Below are positions 8,731-21,025 of a stretch of DNA of 64,000 nucleotides, in pieces (position 1 is the first letter of the stretch; each line of letters opens with the position of its first letter). Under the pieces are notes generated by a model, which did no database searches, was not told the origin of the DNA, and saw only the letters and a list, made by a program, of their open reading frames with translations. Source of the DNA: Candidatus Versatilivorator sp. (lineage in GTDB: Bacteria; Acidobacteriota; Terriglobia; Versatilivoradales; Versatilivoraceae); assembly GCA_965207735.1 (NCBI GenBank), contig OZ242296.1, positions 3,552,001-3,616,000 on the forward strand. The letters are read 5' to 3'. The translations under genes were made by a program, and so were the position numbers.

Positions 8731-11661
8731 TTGGTTATCGACACCCTTCTCAAATCAGTCTTCGGCAGCAAGCACCAGCGGGACATCAAGGCCATTCAAC
8801 CCACGGTTGATCGGATCAATGCCCTGGAGACCTCCGTCTCGAGCCAGACGGACGAGGAGTTGCGGGCCAACACCGGCCGGCTCAAGACACGGTTGGCCGG
8901 CGGCGAAACCCTTGAGGACCTGCTCCCGGAAGCGTTCGCCGTAGTTCGGGAGGCTTCCAGGCGGGTGCTCAAAATGAGGCACTTTGACGTGCAGCTCATG
9001 GGCGGCGTGGTCCTGCATCAGGGAAAGATCGCCGAGATGAAGACGGGAGAGGGCAAGACCCTGGTCGCGACCCTGCCGGTCTACCTGAACAGCCTGGAAG
9101 GGAAGGGTGTGCACGTCATCACCGTCAACGACTACCTGGCTCGCCGCGACGCCGAGTGGATGGGCAAGGTCTATCGCTTCCTGGGCCTGTCGGTAGGGGT
9201 GATTCAGCATGATATGGACGACGATCAGCGCCGCAACGCCTACGGCTGCGACGTGACCTACGGCACCAACAACGAGTTCGGGTTCGACTATCTCCGCGAC
9301 AATATGAAGTTCGAGATCAGCGACCGTGTTCAGAGAAAGCATCACTACGCCATCGTGGACGAAGTCGACTCCATCCTGATCGACGAAGCCCGAACGCCTC
9401 TGATCATCTCTGGGCCGGTCGAGAGTTCCCAGCAGAAGACCTACATGGCCATGCGGCCGTTGGCTGAGCGCATCCGTGCCCAGCAGACGAAGTTTCTCGG
9501 CCGCGCCTTGCGAGAGTCCCTCCAGCAAATCGACTCCGACGGCCAGGCCAGCGAGGAAACCTTGGAGCAGCTGCTTTTGGTCAAGCGCGGCGATCCCAAG
9601 AATCGGCAGTATCTGGACCTGCTGGTCAAGCACCGGGATCTGAAAAAGAAGATCGAACAGGTCGAAGGCCAGCTCATGAGCAACAAGCAGCTCTCCGAGT
9701 TCGACAACCAGCTCTACTGCTTCATCGACGAGAAGTCGCACAACGTCGAGATCACCGAGAAAGGACAGGAATTTCTGGCGGGCGGTCGAATGGAGGACTA
9801 CATCATTCCCGACCCGGACGACCCGGACTACACCGAGAAGCGCTACGTCGAAGTCACCGAGCGCCTGCACACCATTCAGCAGTTGGTCAAGGCCTACTGG
9901 CTCTACGAGAAAGATGTCCACTACGTCGTCAACGACAACAAGGTCACGATTGTCGACGAGTTTACAGGTCGTCTCATGCCGGGCCGCCGCTGGAGCGACG
10001 GACTGCACGAAGCGGTGGAAGCCAAGGAGCGGGTCAAGATCGAAAGGGAGAATCAGACCCTGGCGACGGTCACTTTCCAGAACTATTTCCGCATGTACGG
10101 GAAACTGGCCGGAATGACCGGGACGGCGGATACCGAAGCCATGGAGTTCAGCAAGATCTACAAACTGGAGGTGGTGGTGGCTCCTCCCAACAGGCCCATG
10201 ATCCGCATGGATTACCCCGACGTGGTCTATCGCACCGAGCCGGAGAAGTTCAGAGCGGTCGTGGAGGAGATCCGGGAGCTGCACCAGAAGGGGCAACCGG
10301 TGCTGGTGGGAACCATTTCCATCGAAAAGTCGGAACGATTGGGCGGCTTGCTCAAGAAGGCAGGGGTCAAGCACGTGGTGCTGAACGCCAAGTACCACGA
10401 GAAGGAAGCCGAGATCGTGGCCCAGGCAGGACGCAAGGGGGCGGTGACCATCGCCACCAACATGGCGGGCCGCGGGACGGATATCGTGCTGGGCGGCAAC
10501 GCCGAGTTCTTGGCCAGGGAACGCTTGCGCAAGCAGAATGTGAACTTGGCCGAGCTTACCCAGGAGCAGTGGGAGAAGGCCCTCGGAGACATCGAACAGG
10601 AGTTTCAGCGGGGTCGAGAGCAGGTGATCGCTGCCGGGGGGCTGCACATCCTGGGAACGGAGCGCCACGAGTCCCGGCGCATCGACAACCAGTTGCGAGG
10701 CCGCTCCGGGCGCCAGGGGGATGTGGGAAGCTCCCGTTTCTACCTCTCGCTGGAGGACGATCTCATGAGGATCTTCGCCAGCGAGAAGGTGTCCAGCATC
10801 ATGCAGCGTTTGGGGATGGAGGAGGACGTTCCCATTGAATCACGTCTGATCAGCAAGAGGATAGAATCGGCTCAAAAGCAGGTCGAGGGTCACAACTTCA
10901 GCATCCGCAAACACCTGCTGGAATATGACGACGTCATGAACCAGCAACGCAAGACGATCTACGGACTGAGGGAGCAGTTCCTGGGCACGACCGACCAGAA
11001 AGAGTACCTGCTGCAGTTGAGCGAGGACGTGATCGGCGGGTTCATCGACAGCTACTGCGGCGCCGATAGCGATCCGGAGGAATGGGACGGCGAAGGGCTT
11101 CGCAAGGCCGTCGCCCAGCAGTTCGGTCTGGATCTGCGTCACGACAACATCCGGGTCGAGGAACTCAATCGCGAGGAGCTGCTTCAGGCCATTTGCGCCA
11201 AGGCCAGAGAGAAATACGAACGCAAGGACGAGGAAATCGGCTCGCCGCAGATGCGCCAGTACGAACGACTGATTCTACTCAACGTCCTGGATGCACATTG
11301 GAAGGACCACCTTCTGGCGATGGACCAGTTGAAGGAAGGGATCGGATTGAGGGGCTATGGCCAGAGAGATCCGCTGGTGGAATACAAGAAGGAATCCTTC
11401 GCTACCTTTACACAGATGATGGACGGTATCGAGGAGCAGAGCCTACGGTATCTCTATCTGCTCCAACCGGTTGAAGACAAGGACAAGGTTCGCGAGATGG
11501 AGCGCCGCCAGCGCAAACAGGAATTGGTGATGGGGCCTGCCGAGGAAGCGCCCGAGCCGCGCAGGCCCGTCATTCGGGGGCCCAAGATCGGCCGCAACCA
11601 CCCGTGTCCCTGCGGTAGCGGCAAGAAGTACAAGAAGTGTTGCGCGCTGACTCCGGCCTGA
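8731..11661 (+). CDS. secA: preprotein translocase ATPase SecA
   Basis: [39 protein letters not shown]-terminal SEC-C motif [13 protein letters not shown]. Confidence 0.98.
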   Translation: MVIDTLLKSVFGSKHQRDIKAIQPTVDRINALETSVSSQTDEELRANTGRLKTRLAGGETLEDLLPEAFAVVREASRRVLKMRHFDVQLMGGVVLHQGKIAEMKTGEGKTLVATLPVYLNSLEGKGVHVITVNDYLARRDAEWMGKVYRFLGLSVGVIQHDMDDDQRRNAYGCDVTYGTNNEFGFDYLRDNMKFEISDRVQRKHHYAIVDEVDSILIDEARTPLIISGPVESSQQKTYMAMRPLAERIRAQQTKFLGRALRESLQQIDSDGQASEETLEQLLLVKRGDPKNRQYLDLLVKHRDLKKKIEQVEGQLMSNKQLSEFDNQLYCFIDEKSHNVEITEKGQEFLAGGRMEDYIIPDPDDPDYTEKRYVEVTERLHTIQQLVKAYWLYEKDVHYVVNDNKVTIVDEFTGRLMPGRRWSDGLHEAVEAKERVKIERENQTLATVTFQNYFRMYGKLAGMTGTADTEAMEFSKIYKLEVVVAPPNRPMIRMDYPDVVYRTEPEKFRAVVEEIRELHQKGQPVLVGTISIEKSERLGGLLKKAGVKHVVLNAKYHEKEAEIVAQAGRKGAVTIATNMAGRGTDIVLGGNAEFLARERLRKQNVNLAELTQEQWEKALGDIEQEFQRGREQVIAAGGLHILGTERHESRRIDNQLRGRSGRQGDVGSSRFYLSLEDDLMRIFASEKVSSIMQRLGMEEDVPIESRLISKRIESAQKQVEGHNFSIRKHLLEYDDVMNQQRKTIYGLREQFLGTTDQKEYLLQLSEDVIGGFIDSYCGADSDPEEWDGEGLRKAVAQQFGLDLRHDNIRVEELNREELLQAICAKAREKYERKDEEIGSPQMRQYERLILLNVLDAHWKDHLLAMDQLKEGIGLRGYGQRDPLVEYKKESFATFTQMMDGIEEQSLRYLYLLQPVEDKDKVREMERRQRKQELVMGPAEEAPEPRRPVIRGPKIGRNHPCPCGSGKKYKKCCALTPA

Positions 11662-11686
11662 CGAGGCAAACGCTCAGGGAGTGTCC

Positions 11687-13150
11687 ATGCTGACCAGGGA
11701 AGTGCCTGAAGGCTTGACTTTTGACGATGTCCTGCTGGTCCCCCGGAAGTCGGACATCGAGCCCGCGGGGGTGTCTACCCGAACCAGGCTGACGCGGCAC
11801 ATCCACCTCAATGTGCCCATCGTCAGCGCAGCCATGGATACCGTCACCGAAGCCCGCTTGGCGATTGCCATGGCCCAGCAGGGAGGCATGGGGATTATTC
11901 ACCGTAATATGTCTGTCGAGGGTCAGGCCTCGGAAGTGGACAAGGTCAAACGTTCCGAGAGCGGTATGATCGTGGATCCCATCACCATGTCGCCTCAGAA
12001 CCGCATCGACGAAGCACTGGAAATGATGAGGCACTACAAGATCTCCGGAGTGCCGATCACAGAGGACGGCAAGCTGGTGGGGATTCTGACCAATCGCGAC
12101 CTGCGCTTCGAAGACCGCTTGCACCTGCCCATCTCTGAAGTGATGACCAAGGAAAACCTCATCACCGTCCCCGTGGGGACCACGCTGGCCGAAGCCGAGG
12201 AAATGCTGCACCGGCACAGAGTGGAGAAACTGCTGGTCGTCGACAGCAAATACATGCTGAAGGGCTTGATCACGGTCAAGGATATTCGGAAGAAGATCCA
12301 GTACCCCGATTCGGCCAAGGATGGCCAGGGGCGCTTGCTGGTGGGTGCGGCCTTGGGCGTCACGGGCGACTACCTGGAGCGGGCAGAGGCTCTGGTGAAC
12401 GCCAACGTGGACGTGCTGGCCGTGGATACGGCCCACAGCCATTCTCAGCGGGTGATGGACGTACTCAAGGAGATCAAGCGGAAGTTCCCGGAAACGGATA
12501 CGATCGCCGGAAACATCGCGACCGCCGAGGCTGCAGCCGACATGATCCGCTGCGGCGCCGACGGCATCAAGGTGGGGATCGGACCCGGTTCCATCTGCAC
12601 CACGCGGGTGGTTTCGGCCGCCGGGGTTCCGCAGATCACTGCCGTGGCTGAATGTGCACGGGCTGCCAAGGAGTCGGGGATTCCCGTCATCGCCGACGGG
12701 GGGATCAAGTTTTCCGGAGATATCACCAAGGCCATCGCCGCCGGCGCCGACAGCATAATGATTGGAAGCCTGTTCGCCGGAACGGACGAAAGCCCGGGGG
12801 AAACGGTGCTCTATCAGGGCCGAAGCTTTAAAGCCTATCGGGGCATGGGCTCTTTCGGAGCCATGCAGGTAGGAAGCCGGGACCGCTATCGAATCGGTCA
12901 GGATACCAGCACGCAGAAACTGGTCCCGGAAGGCATCGAGGGACGTGTGCCCTATAAAGGTTCCCTGGCGGGAGTGGTGGCTCAGCTGGTGGGTGGGCTG
13001 AAAGCCGGGATGGGCTATGTGGGGTGTTCAGAAATCGAGGAGCTCCAGGAAAAGTCCCGTTTCATCAGGATTACGGTCGCCGGCCTCAAAGAGAGTCACG
13101 TCCACGACGTCATCATCACCCGGGAAGCCCCGAACTACCGCCTCGACTAA
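11687..13150 (+). CDS. guaB: IMP dehydrogenase
   Basis: [19 protein letters not shown] pair, [29 protein letters not shown]. Confidence 0.98.
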   Translation: MLTREVPEGLTFDDVLLVPRKSDIEPAGVSTRTRLTRHIHLNVPIVSAAMDTVTEARLAIAMAQQGGMGIIHRNMSVEGQASEVDKVKRSESGMIVDPITMSPQNRIDEALEMMRHYKISGVPITEDGKLVGILTNRDLRFEDRLHLPISEVMTKENLITVPVGTTLAEAEEMLHRHRVEKLLVVDSKYMLKGLITVKDIRKKIQYPDSAKDGQGRLLVGAALGVTGDYLERAEALVNANVDVLAVDTAHSHSQRVMDVLKEIKRKFPETDTIAGNIATAEAAADMIRCGADGIKVGIGPGSICTTRVVSAAGVPQITAVAECARAAKESGIPVIADGGIKFSGDITKAIAAGADSIMIGSLFAGTDESPGETVLYQGRSFKAYRGMGSFGAMQVGSRDRYRIGQDTSTQKLVPEGIEGRVPYKGSLAGVVAQLVGGLKAGMGYVGCSEIEELQEKSRFIRITVAGLKESHVHDVIITREAPNYRLD

Positions 13151-13442
13151 AACGCCTCGGGCGCGAGCAGGATCCCCGCGTCATCTTTACAACCTGCCCC
13201 TCCTTTTCCTCCCAATTTATACGGGCATTGCTGGTTCAGAATTCCCGCCCCCGATCCTCTCCCGGGGTCCTACTGCATCCCTGATCAGGAAGTCGCAATT
13301 TCCGGGTAACCCTTTTGGCGGCGTTACGCATCAGAGTTGTATGGCGGCAACGTAGGGCGTCGAAAGGTTGCTTCGGTTCGACACCCGCCGGCCAGGGCGC
13401 GCGCCTCATCTCTCACAAGATTTCCTGAAACGGGAGGGCGTT

Positions 13443-13778
13443 ATGGAACTGAGGGAATGCAAGTTCTACTACGGGGGGCAGGAAATGAGCTTCTCGGTGT
13501 TTTCGAACGATCCTTGCCGAGCCCTGTATCTCGACAGCATTTCGTTGCCCTTGATTCAGACGCGAGTCGATGTCTATCAGGTCGATCCGGGGCCAAAGAC
13601 CCGTTGGGTGCTGATCAGGCAAAAACACGAGGACAAGGACAGCTTCAGGCTGTTTATTCGCCAGGGCGACCGGTTTGTGGAGAGCCGAAAGCAGGCTCTG
13701 TCCAAGGAGTTGCGGGACGAGATTATTGGCAGGTTCCCCAACCTGACGGGTGAATTTCATCCGCCGCTGGCGGCTTGA
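13443..13778 (+). CDS. hypothetical protein
   Basis: ATG with GGGAGGG upstream; 111 aa of natural composition filling the guaB-pnp gap. Confidence 0.6.
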   Translation: MELRECKFYYGGQEMSFSVFSNDPCRALYLDSISLPLIQTRVDVYQVDPGPKTRWVLIRQKHEDKDSFRLFIRQGDRFVESRKQALSKELRDEIIGRFPNLTGEFHPPLAA

Positions 13779-13822
13779 TCCGCACAGCATTCACCAAGCC
13801 GCTCGGTGGGCGGGCCCCTGCT

Positions 13823-15922
13823 TCAGGATGACTTCTGCCGTTGTTCCCGCAGCACGGCCTTGCGGCTCAACTTGACCTTCTGGCCGTCAATCCCGATGAC
13901 CTTGACCATAAGCTGATCCCCCTCCTTCAACTCATCCCTGACCTGCCGGATTCGATGCTCGGCGATTTCGCTGATGTGAAGGAGACCGTCGGTTCCGGGG
14001 AAGATTTCCACGAAGGCGCCGAAATCCACCAGGCGAACCACCTTGCCCAGATAGATCTTGCCCATTTCGGCCTCGGCAGTGATGTCCTTGATGATCTGAA
14101 TGGCTTTTCGGGCCGATGCCTCGTCCAGCGCGGCGATGTTGACCTTGCCGTCGTCGGCGACGTCGATCTTGACCCCGGTCTGCTCGGTGATTCCGCGAAT
14201 CACCTTGCCCCCGGGTCCAATGACATCGCGGATCTTGTCCCGCTTGATGCGAAGGGAATAGATCTTGGGAGCAAATTTTGAAGTATCGCTCCGGTGGGCT
14301 GAAATGGTGTCCAGCATTCTGTCGAGGACGAAGAGCCTTCCCCGCAGTGCCTGCTGGAGGGCTTCAGTCATGATTTCCATGGTCAAGCCGGCCATCTTGA
14401 TGTCCATCTGCAGGGCCGTGATTCCGGATCGGGTCCCGGTGACCTTGAAGTCCATGTCCCCGTAGTGGTCTTCGGCCCCGGCGATGTCGGTCAAGACGGC
14501 ATACTGGTCTCCTTGCTTGACCAAGCCCATGGCAATTCCGGCGACCGGCGCCTTGATGGGTACGCCGGCGTCCATCAGGGCGAGGATGCCGCCGCAGACG
14601 CTGGCCATTGAGGAAGAACCGTTGGACTCCAGGATGTCGGAGACAATGCGAATGGTGTAGGGGAATTGGTCTTCGGAGGGAACCACGGGCAGAATGGACC
14701 GCTCCGCCAGGGCGCCATGGCCCACCTCCCGGCGTCCCGGGCCTCGCATGAATCCCGTTTCACCCACGCTGAAGGGCGGAAAGTTGTAGTGGAGAAGGAA
14801 CCGCTTGGACGACTCTCCCTCCATGATGTCAATCTTCTGGATATCGTCCGAAGTGCCCAGGGTGGCGGTGACCAGCGCCTGAGTCTCGCCTCGGGTGAAA
14901 AGGGCTGAACCGTGGGCGCGGGGCAGAAGACCGACCTCACAGGTGATGGGACGGACGGCGTCGAACTCACGACCGTCAGGGCGTCTCTTCCGGTTGAGGA
15001 TGTCGTCGCGGAAGATTTGTTCCTTGATGCGATCGAAAATGGCCGAAGCGTCACTCCTCAATTCGGCCGACTCCTCCGGGTAGCTGTTCAACAGGGCTTC
15101 CTTGACGGAGTCGACCTGTTCGTAGCTTCCTTTCTTGCCATGCTTCGTGGTGTCGAGTGCGTCCCTCAGATCTGCTGATATCTTCCCGGAAATCTGACTG
15201 TACAGGTTTTCATCGACCGACCGCGAAACCAAGGGGCGTTTCCGGACGCCGAGGCGGGCCGCCAGTTCCCGTTGCAAGGGGACGATCTGCTTGATGTGTT
15301 CGTGCCCGAAAGCCAGGGCTTCGACCACCGTCGCCTCGCTCACCTCCCGAGCTCCGGCTTCAACCATCACGATAGCCTCTTCGCTGCCGGCAACGATCAA
15401 ATTGAGCTCGCTCTCCTTCAGGTCTTGGCTGGTAGGGTTAATCACCAGGCTGCCGCCGACCAGACCCACGCGAACCGCGGCGATAGGAGTCTCAAAGGGG
15501 ATGTCGGAGACCATCAAGGCCGCGCTGGCGCCCGTGATGCCGTGGATGTCGGGGTCGTTCTCTCCGTCCGCGGAGAGCACCAGGGCGATGATCTGAGTGT
15601 CGCAACGATAGTCCGACGGGAACAGCGGACGAAGGGGACGGTCTATCAGGCGACAGGTCAGAACCTCCTTTTCGCTCGGCTTTCCCTCGCGTTTGAAGAA
15701 GCCCCCCGGAATGCGTCCGGCGGCGTAATAGTTTTCCCGGTAGTCTACAGTCAGTGGAAAGAAATCCACCTTGTCCCGGGGCTGTTTTCTGGAACAGGCC
15801 GACACCAACACCACCGTGTCTCCGTAACTGACCTGAACAGCGCCGTCGGCCTGGCGGGCGATCCTGCCCGTTTCGATGGTGATTTCGTTCCCTCCGATGA
15901 GGGTGCTTGTTTTTTCAATCAT
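13823..15922 (-). CDS. pnp: polyribonucleotide nucleotidyltransferase
   Basis: FFPLTVDY, GGFFKREG, FTRGETQ, SNGSSSMASVC, GDMDFK, KH and S1 domains. Confidence 0.98.
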   Translation of the reverse strand: MIEKTSTLIGGNEITIETGRIARQADGAVQVSYGDTVVLVSACSRKQPRDKVDFFPLTVDYRENYYAAGRIPGGFFKREGKPSEKEVLTCRLIDRPLRPLFPSDYRCDTQIIALVLSADGENDPDIHGITGASAALMVSDIPFETPIAAVRVGLVGGSLVINPTSQDLKESELNLIVAGSEEAIVMVEAGAREVSEATVVEALAFGHEHIKQIVPLQRELAARLGVRKRPLVSRSVDENLYSQISGKISADLRDALDTTKHGKKGSYEQVDSVKEALLNSYPEESAELRSDASAIFDRIKEQIFRDDILNRKRRPDGREFDAVRPITCEVGLLPRAHGSALFTRGETQALVTATLGTSDDIQKIDIMEGESSKRFLLHYNFPPFSVGETGFMRGPGRREVGHGALAERSILPVVPSEDQFPYTIRIVSDILESNGSSSMASVCGGILALMDAGVPIKAPVAGIAMGLVKQGDQYAVLTDIAGAEDHYGDMDFKVTGTRSGITALQMDIKMAGLTMEIMTEALQQALRGRLFVLDRMLDTISAHRSDTSKFAPKIYSLRIKRDKIRDVIGPGGKVIRGITEQTGVKIDVADDGKVNIAALDEASARKAIQIIKDITAEAEMGKIYLGKVVRLVDFGAFVEIFPGTDGLLHISEIAEHRIRQVRDELKEGDQLMVKVIGIDGQKVKLSRKAVLREQRQKSS

Positions 15923-15950
15923 TGAAGTGTTTCCCTGCCCGGGATGCAGC

Positions 15951-16002
15951 CGAAACAAAAATAGCGACTGCGGGCATCACCTTGGGTAATGCTCGGAGTC
16001 GC
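15951..16002 (-). terminator. stem-loop plus U-tract between rpsO and pnp (terminator or processing stem)
   Basis: minus strand GCGACT-C-CGAGCATTACC-CAA-GGTGATGCCCG-C-AGTCGC followed by TATTTTTGTTT. Confidence 0.65.
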
Positions 16003-16041
16003 CAGTTCATAGCACTAATTCGAATTGTCTTACCGGGCTCT

Positions 16042-16311
16042 CTACTTGCGTATTCCAAGTTTTTGGATGACCGTACGATAGCGCTGGACATCCTTGGTTT
16101 TCAGATAGTCCAAAAGACGCCTGCGGTGCCCGACCATCTTCAGCAGACCGCGGCGAGAGGCGTGATCCTTCTTGTGCGACTTGAAGTGGCCCGTGAGGTA
16201 AGTGATCCGCTCGCTCAGCAGAGCAATCTGGACTTCCGGCGATCCCGTATCCGTGGGATGGGTCCGATATTTCTCAATCACTGAGGTCTTGAAATCCGGT
16301 GTCAGTACCAT
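16042..16311 (-). CDS. rpsO: 30S ribosomal protein S15
   Basis: [28 protein letters not shown]; 89 aa. Confidence 0.98.
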   Translation of the reverse strand: MVLTPDFKTSVIEKYRTHPTDTGSPEVQIALLSERITYLTGHFKSHKKDHASRRGLLKMVGHRRRLLDYLKTKDVQRYRTVIQKLGIRK

Positions 16312-16444
16312 GAAGTCGAAGAGTGGATCGTTTCCTTCCGAGCCGACAAAGCAGGCGGAATGTAGCATAGTCCCTTCCCCGAAGTAAAGCGAAATCACGG
16401 CAGGAGCCAGGGGCCATCCCACGCTACGGAATTCAGGGTGACAG

Positions 16445-16560
16445 GTAGGCCAATGCCCCTGAATCAGGCCCACAATCCATGTGGGCGCCCAATTCGGCTT
16501 TTGCCGGGCGAATGGGAACAACCGGGCAACCACAAAGGCAACCACAAGGGTTGCCCCTAC
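16445..16560. repeat. GTAG-type REP-like sequence
   Basis: minus strand GTAGGGGCAACCCTTGTGGTTGCC(TTTGTGGTTGCCC) palindrome ending at 16560; opposing GTAGG at 16445. Confidence 0.65.
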
Positions 16561-16625
16561 CTTGGGGGTGGCGTGGCGTGGGATGGCCCTGAGGCAGGAA
16601 CGGTCTCGGGACCGTTGGCCTGCAC

Positions 16626-17546
16626 CTACAGAACCAGCTTGGGAAGAATGCGGACCGAGGCCTGCTCGCCGCGCTCGGGCGGGCGTGGCGTGGCCGCTAT
16701 TTCAGCCAGTCCCAGGAGCAGACCCGAGTCGGAGAGGATCCGGATCAAGGGGGTGGGCGAATCAGTCAGCGGGACGTTCCTGACACCCAGCGTCCTTCCA
16801 TGGGCAAAGGCTTCCCGGTCTTCGGCGGACACGCGGACGCCGGGCATATCCTCCAGCATGGAGTTCATGGTGAGCAGGAACCGGGTCCAGTCTTCGGGTA
16901 TTCGGCCCTGGTCCAGGGGACAGGCCATCGACAGCGAGAACTTGCCCGAGGACAGGCGCCGCAGTCTGGACAGGTGGGCTCCACATCCCAGCTTCCGGCC
17001 CAGTTGGTGGGCCAGGGCGCGGACATAGGTGCCCGGCGAGCAGTGGATTTCGAAATCGATGGCGTCCGCCGCACCCTGGCGATAATTGAATCGATGGATG
17101 CAGATCCGCTGGGGAGGGATTTCAACCTGGAGCCCCTGCCGGGCCAGTCGGTAGGCGCGCTGCCCCCCGACCTTCTTGGCCGAGTATGGGGGAGGAGTCT
17201 GCATCTGCTCGCCGACCATGGACTCGACCGCGGTCCGGAGGCGGTCCGGAGGGAAACGGGGCTGTCGGAATTCGGACGTGGGTTGACCCAGGCGATCATA
17301 GGTGTCGGTGGCGAAGCCCAATCGGATGGATCCCTCGTAGACTTTCCTGCCGCCCATGAGGAATCGCGACAATCGGGTGGCGCGGCCGACTGCCAGGGGC
17401 AATACACCGGTGGCCATGGGGTCGAGAGTCCCCAAGTGGCCGATTTTCTTGACCTGGAGTTGGCGGCGGACGAACTGAACGACCTCGTGTGAGGTCATGC
17501 CTTCTGCTTTGTCGATGACCAGAAAGCCCGTGAGCGGTCCATTCAT
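16626..17546 (-). CDS. truB: tRNA pseudouridine(55) synthase
   Basis: [38 protein letters not shown]. Confidence 0.96.
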   Translation of the reverse strand: MNGPLTGFLVIDKAEGMTSHEVVQFVRRQLQVKKIGHLGTLDPMATGVLPLAVGRATRLSRFLMGGRKVYEGSIRLGFATDTYDRLGQPTSEFRQPRFPPDRLRTAVESMVGEQMQTPPPYSAKKVGGQRAYRLARQGLQVEIPPQRICIHRFNYRQGAADAIDFEIHCSPGTYVRALAHQLGRKLGCGAHLSRLRRLSSGKFSLSMACPLDQGRIPEDWTRFLLTMNSMLEDMPGVRVSAEDREAFAHGRTLGVRNVPLTDSPTPLIRILSDSGLLLGLAEIAATPRPPERGEQASVRILPKLVL

Positions 17547-17599
17547 GGGGGTTTCGGGCACAGGCAGGCTGCGGTGAGAAATCGGAAGCGGCTGGCTGG

Positions 17600-17965
17600 C
17601 TACTGGTCGGGAGTATCGACGGTTCGGGTCTGCTCGAGCAGTTCTTCAATCCGCGCTCCATACTCGATGGAGCGATCGTATTGAAAGTCCAGCTCCGGGG
17701 CGGCTCTCAGTTTCAGGTGGGAGCAGATCTCATGGCGAATGTGGGCCGAGGCCCGGTTGAGACCCAACAGCGTCTGTTCTCGTTCTTCCGGGCTGCCCAG
17801 CACACTGACGAAGACTCTGGCTTTCTTGAGGTCGGCGCTCATCTTGACCTCGGTGACGGTGGCCAAGCCGATTCTCGGGTCCCTCAGGCCGCGCAAAATG
17901 ACCTGGCTGATGGCCATTCGAAGCATTTCGCCGACTCGTCCCGGCCGTCTGGAGGGAGATTTCAT
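17600..17965 (-). CDS. rbfA: ribosome-binding factor A
   Basis: RDPRIG..TVTEV.MSADL, LR..PELDF.YD.S; position downstream of infB. Confidence 0.95.
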   Translation of the reverse strand: MKSPSRRPGRVGEMLRMAISQVILRGLRDPRIGLATVTEVKMSADLKKARVFVSVLGSPEEREQTLLGLNRASAHIRHEICSHLKLRAAPELDFQYDRSIEYGARIEELLEQTRTVDTPDQ

Positions 17966-18240
17966 AGAAATTCTATCTGGCATTGCGCCAGGTTCCCGTC
18001 CAGGATCTTTTCGGCTTCATCCGTCACCGTCTGCAGGGTTCGTTCCAGGATGGCATGGTCGGAGGAAATGGCAACGATTCCCAGGGTCGATCGCTGCCAG
18101 AGGTCCTGGTGGTCGCATTCGGCTATGGACACGTTGAACTTCTTCAGACGGTCCCGCAGCCTGCGAATTACCTGGCGTTTGTCTTTGAGCGATTGAGCAT
18201 AGGGGATGACCACTTCAAGGGTGAGCAAACCGATGTTCAT
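17962..18240 (-). CDS. DUF503 (YlxP) family protein
   Basis: SLKDKRQV, FNVSIAE, DLWQR motifs; typical position between infB and rbfA. Confidence 0.9.
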   Translation of the reverse strand: MNIGLLTLEVVIPYAQSLKDKRQVIRRLRDRLKKFNVSIAECDHQDLWQRSTLGIVAISSDHAILERTLQTVTDEAEKILDGNLAQCQIEFL

Positions 18241-18268
18241 TGCGGACTTGGACGGAGCCGGTTCCAAC

Positions 18269-20887
18269 TCATTCCATCTGCGGGGCGACCTTCTCCATGG
18301 TGAAGGATTCGATGACGTCGTCGTTCTTGATGTCGCTGAAACGCTCCAGGCCGATGCCGCATTCCAGGCCGGAGCGAACTTCTCCGGCGTCGTCCTTGAA
18401 GCGCCGCAGGGAGGCGATCTTGCCTTCGTAGATTACGACGTTGTCTCGCAGTAACCGCACTTTGGAGTTTCGGGCAACTTTCCCGTCGGAAATGTAGCAG
18501 CCGGCCACCACTCCTGCCTTGGGAACCTTGAAAGTCATTCTGACCTGGGCGGTGCCTTGCCAGACCTCCTTGTAGGTGTGGTCCAGCAGGCCCAGCATGG
18601 CATTCCGGATCTCTTCGCTGATCTTGTAGATCACGGTATGCAGGCGAATATCGACACCCTCCTGCGAGGCCAGCTCGGCCGCCTTCTTCTCCGGCCTGAC
18701 GTTGAATCCGACGATGACGGCATTGGAGGCGGAGGCCAAGAGCACGTTGGTTTCGGAAATGGCTCCGGTGCCGCGGTCAATGATCTTCACCTTGACCTTG
18801 GCGTTGCTGAGCTTGGAGAGGGTGTCCGACACGACTTCCACCGAACCCTGGACATCGGCCTTCAGAATGATGGGAAGCTCCTTGACCTCTCCTTCGCTCA
18901 TCTGCTCGTGCAGGTGTTCCAGCGTGAGGCGAGCCGTCTTGGCCAGTTGACTCTCACGGAGCTTGGACTGGCGCAGGCTGCCGATTTGCCTGGTCCTGCC
19001 GGCATCGCTGAGCACCTGGAACAGGTCTCCAGCGTGGGGGACCGATTGAAGCCCCAGAACCTCAACCGGCATGGCGGGAACGGCGGTTAGCACCGGCTCG
19101 CCGTGGAAGTCCAGCATGGCTCTGACCTTACCCGTGACCGGGCCGGCGATGAAAGGGTCCCCGACCTTCAAAGTGCCGTTTTGAACCAGGACGGTTGCCA
19201 CCGGTCCTCTGCCCCGGTCCAGCTTGGCTTCCACGATCGTTCCCATGGCCGTTCGCTGGGGGTTGGCTTTGAGGCCCTGCAGGTCGGCGACCAGCAGAAT
19301 CATCTCCAGCAAGAGGGCCAGGTTGGTTTTCTCTATGGCGGAGACTTCCACGGTTACCGTGTCCCCGCCCCAGTCTTCCGGTGTCAACCCGTTGGCGGCC
19401 AGGTTTTTCTTGACCGTGTCCACCTGGGCATTGGGTCGGTCGATCTTGTTAATGGCTACGACGATGGGGACCTTGGCGGCCCTGGCATGGTTGATGGCCT
19501 CCAGGGTTTGCGGCATCACGCCGTCATCCGCGGCCACCACCAGGACGACGATGTCGGTCACCTTGGCTCCCCGAGCACGCATCATGGTGAAGGCTTCATG
19601 GCCCGGAGTGTCCAGGAAGGTGATCGTGCGCTGATTCTTTTGGACCTGGTAGGCTCCGATGTGTTGGGTGATGCCTCCAGCTTCCTGGGAGGTTACGTCG
19701 GTCTCGCGGATCGCATCCAGCAGGGAAGTCTTGCCGTGGTCGACGTGGCCCATGATGGTGACCACTGGCGGTCGCGGCGCGATGTTCTCTGACTTTTCCT
19801 CGGCGATGGCTTCATACTCGGCGTCTTCCTCGAAACTGACAATGGAGGCTTCCGCCCCAAAATCCGCGCTCAGGTCCTTGGCCAGAGTCTCGTCCAGCGT
19901 CTGGTTCATGGTGGCGAAGATACCCTTGTCCAGCAGCCGCTTGATCAGATCCTTGGCTTTGACTTCCAGCCGTTCGGCCAGCTCCTTGATGGTGACGCCC
20001 TCGGTCAGAGTGACGGAGCGGTTGATTGGTATGGGCTGGAAGGGTTCGGGCCGGGCCACGGACAGTGCCTGGCGCGCAGCGAAGCGGGCTTCCCGAGACT
20101 CATGTCGGCCGCCATGACGCCGCTGGCCGGGCCGGCCCCGGCGATGGTCCCTGGGTGGTCCGCCGGGCCCGGGCGGGCGGCCGGGAAAAGGAGTCAGCGG
20201 CCTGCGCTGGGGAGTGAAGCCTGTGGCCGGTCTGGTTCCAGCGGGCAGGCTGAGAGGCCGGGCCGGTGCTCCCTGGCGGGATCGCGAAAGAAATGGCCGG
20301 GTCCGGATCTGTCCCGATCTGGAAAGGTGCTGGCGGATGGTTTCGGTCGGCGAAGGCCGCTCCATGCCCGCGGGCTTCCTGGGAGCCGCCGCCGTGCCGG
20401 TCTCCGGGATCGGTTTGGTGCTCCCCGGCTCCAATTTGGCGACGGGCTGAGGAACCACCGCCGGTTGCGCGGCGGCCGGGGGTGGGAGGGCTGCAGGTTC
20501 CGCCGTCGGGACAATCTCGGGGACGGGAGGACCGGGTTTCACCTCGACCGCCGGTGGCGGGGCGGTTTCGGGGGGCGCGGCCGCCGGGGCGGTCTCAACC
20601 GCGGCCGGCTCGGCGGTTTTCCCGGCCTGGTCCGGGACTTCAGGCTCTGGTGCGGGTTGGGGTTTCTCCGCGGTTTCGGCCTTGGCTATTGTTTCTGGCA
20701 CGGCCGCCTTTTTCTTCTCCGCCTTCTTGCCGGAGAAGTGGTCCTTGATGTCCTGGACGACCTCGGCCTCCACAAAACTGCTGGCGGAGACCTTCCTCAT
20801 TCCCTCCTGCTTCAGGTAGGCGACGATCTCCTTGACCTCGACCTTGATCTCCGGAGCGAGTTTTAACAATCGCGTCTTTTCGCTCAC
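18269..20887 (-). CDS. infB: translation initiation factor IF-2
   Basis: [24 protein letters not shown]; Pro/Ala-rich N-terminal linker. Confidence 0.98.
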   Translation of the reverse strand: MSEKTRLLKLAPEIKVEVKEIVAYLKQEGMRKVSASSFVEAEVVQDIKDHFSGKKAEKKKAAVPETIAKAETAEKPQPAPEPEVPDQAGKTAEPAAVETAPAAAPPETAPPPAVEVKPGPPVPEIVPTAEPAALPPPAAAQPAVVPQPVAKLEPGSTKPIPETGTAAAPRKPAGMERPSPTETIRQHLSRSGQIRTRPFLSRSRQGAPARPLSLPAGTRPATGFTPQRRPLTPFPGRPPGPGGPPRDHRRGRPGQRRHGGRHESREARFAARQALSVARPEPFQPIPINRSVTLTEGVTIKELAERLEVKAKDLIKRLLDKGIFATMNQTLDETLAKDLSADFGAEASIVSFEEDAEYEAIAEEKSENIAPRPPVVTIMGHVDHGKTSLLDAIRETDVTSQEAGGITQHIGAYQVQKNQRTITFLDTPGHEAFTMMRARGAKVTDIVVLVVAADDGVMPQTLEAINHARAAKVPIVVAINKIDRPNAQVDTVKKNLAANGLTPEDWGGDTVTVEVSAIEKTNLALLLEMILLVADLQGLKANPQRTAMGTIVEAKLDRGRGPVATVLVQNGTLKVGDPFIAGPVTGKVRAMLDFHGEPVLTAVPAMPVEVLGLQSVPHAGDLFQVLSDAGRTRQIGSLRQSKLRESQLAKTARLTLEHLHEQMSEGEVKELPIILKADVQGSVEVVSDTLSKLSNAKVKVKIIDRGTGAISETNVLLASASNAVIVGFNVRPEKKAAELASQEGVDIRLHTVIYKISEEIRNAMLGLLDHTYKEVWQGTAQVRMTFKVPKAGVVAGCYISDGKVARNSKVRLLRDNVVIYEGKIASLRRFKDDAGEVRSGLECGIGLERFSDIKNDDVIESFTMEKVAPQME

Positions 20888-21025
20888 AAAACCTCCGCGT
20901 GGCGCCGGGAAGGGCTCAAGGGATTCCTCCCCCGGCAGCCTGCCATCCCTCCCGATTACTGCGTGTGGAAATTGGGTTCTCCGGCCTACTGCCTGGACGT
21001 TCTTGAAAACGTTGCCTTTGGCCGT

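Noticed and set aside
13355-13390. tRNA T-arm-like GGTTCGACACCC
   Set aside because: No cloverleaf; it is one arm of a simple hairpin
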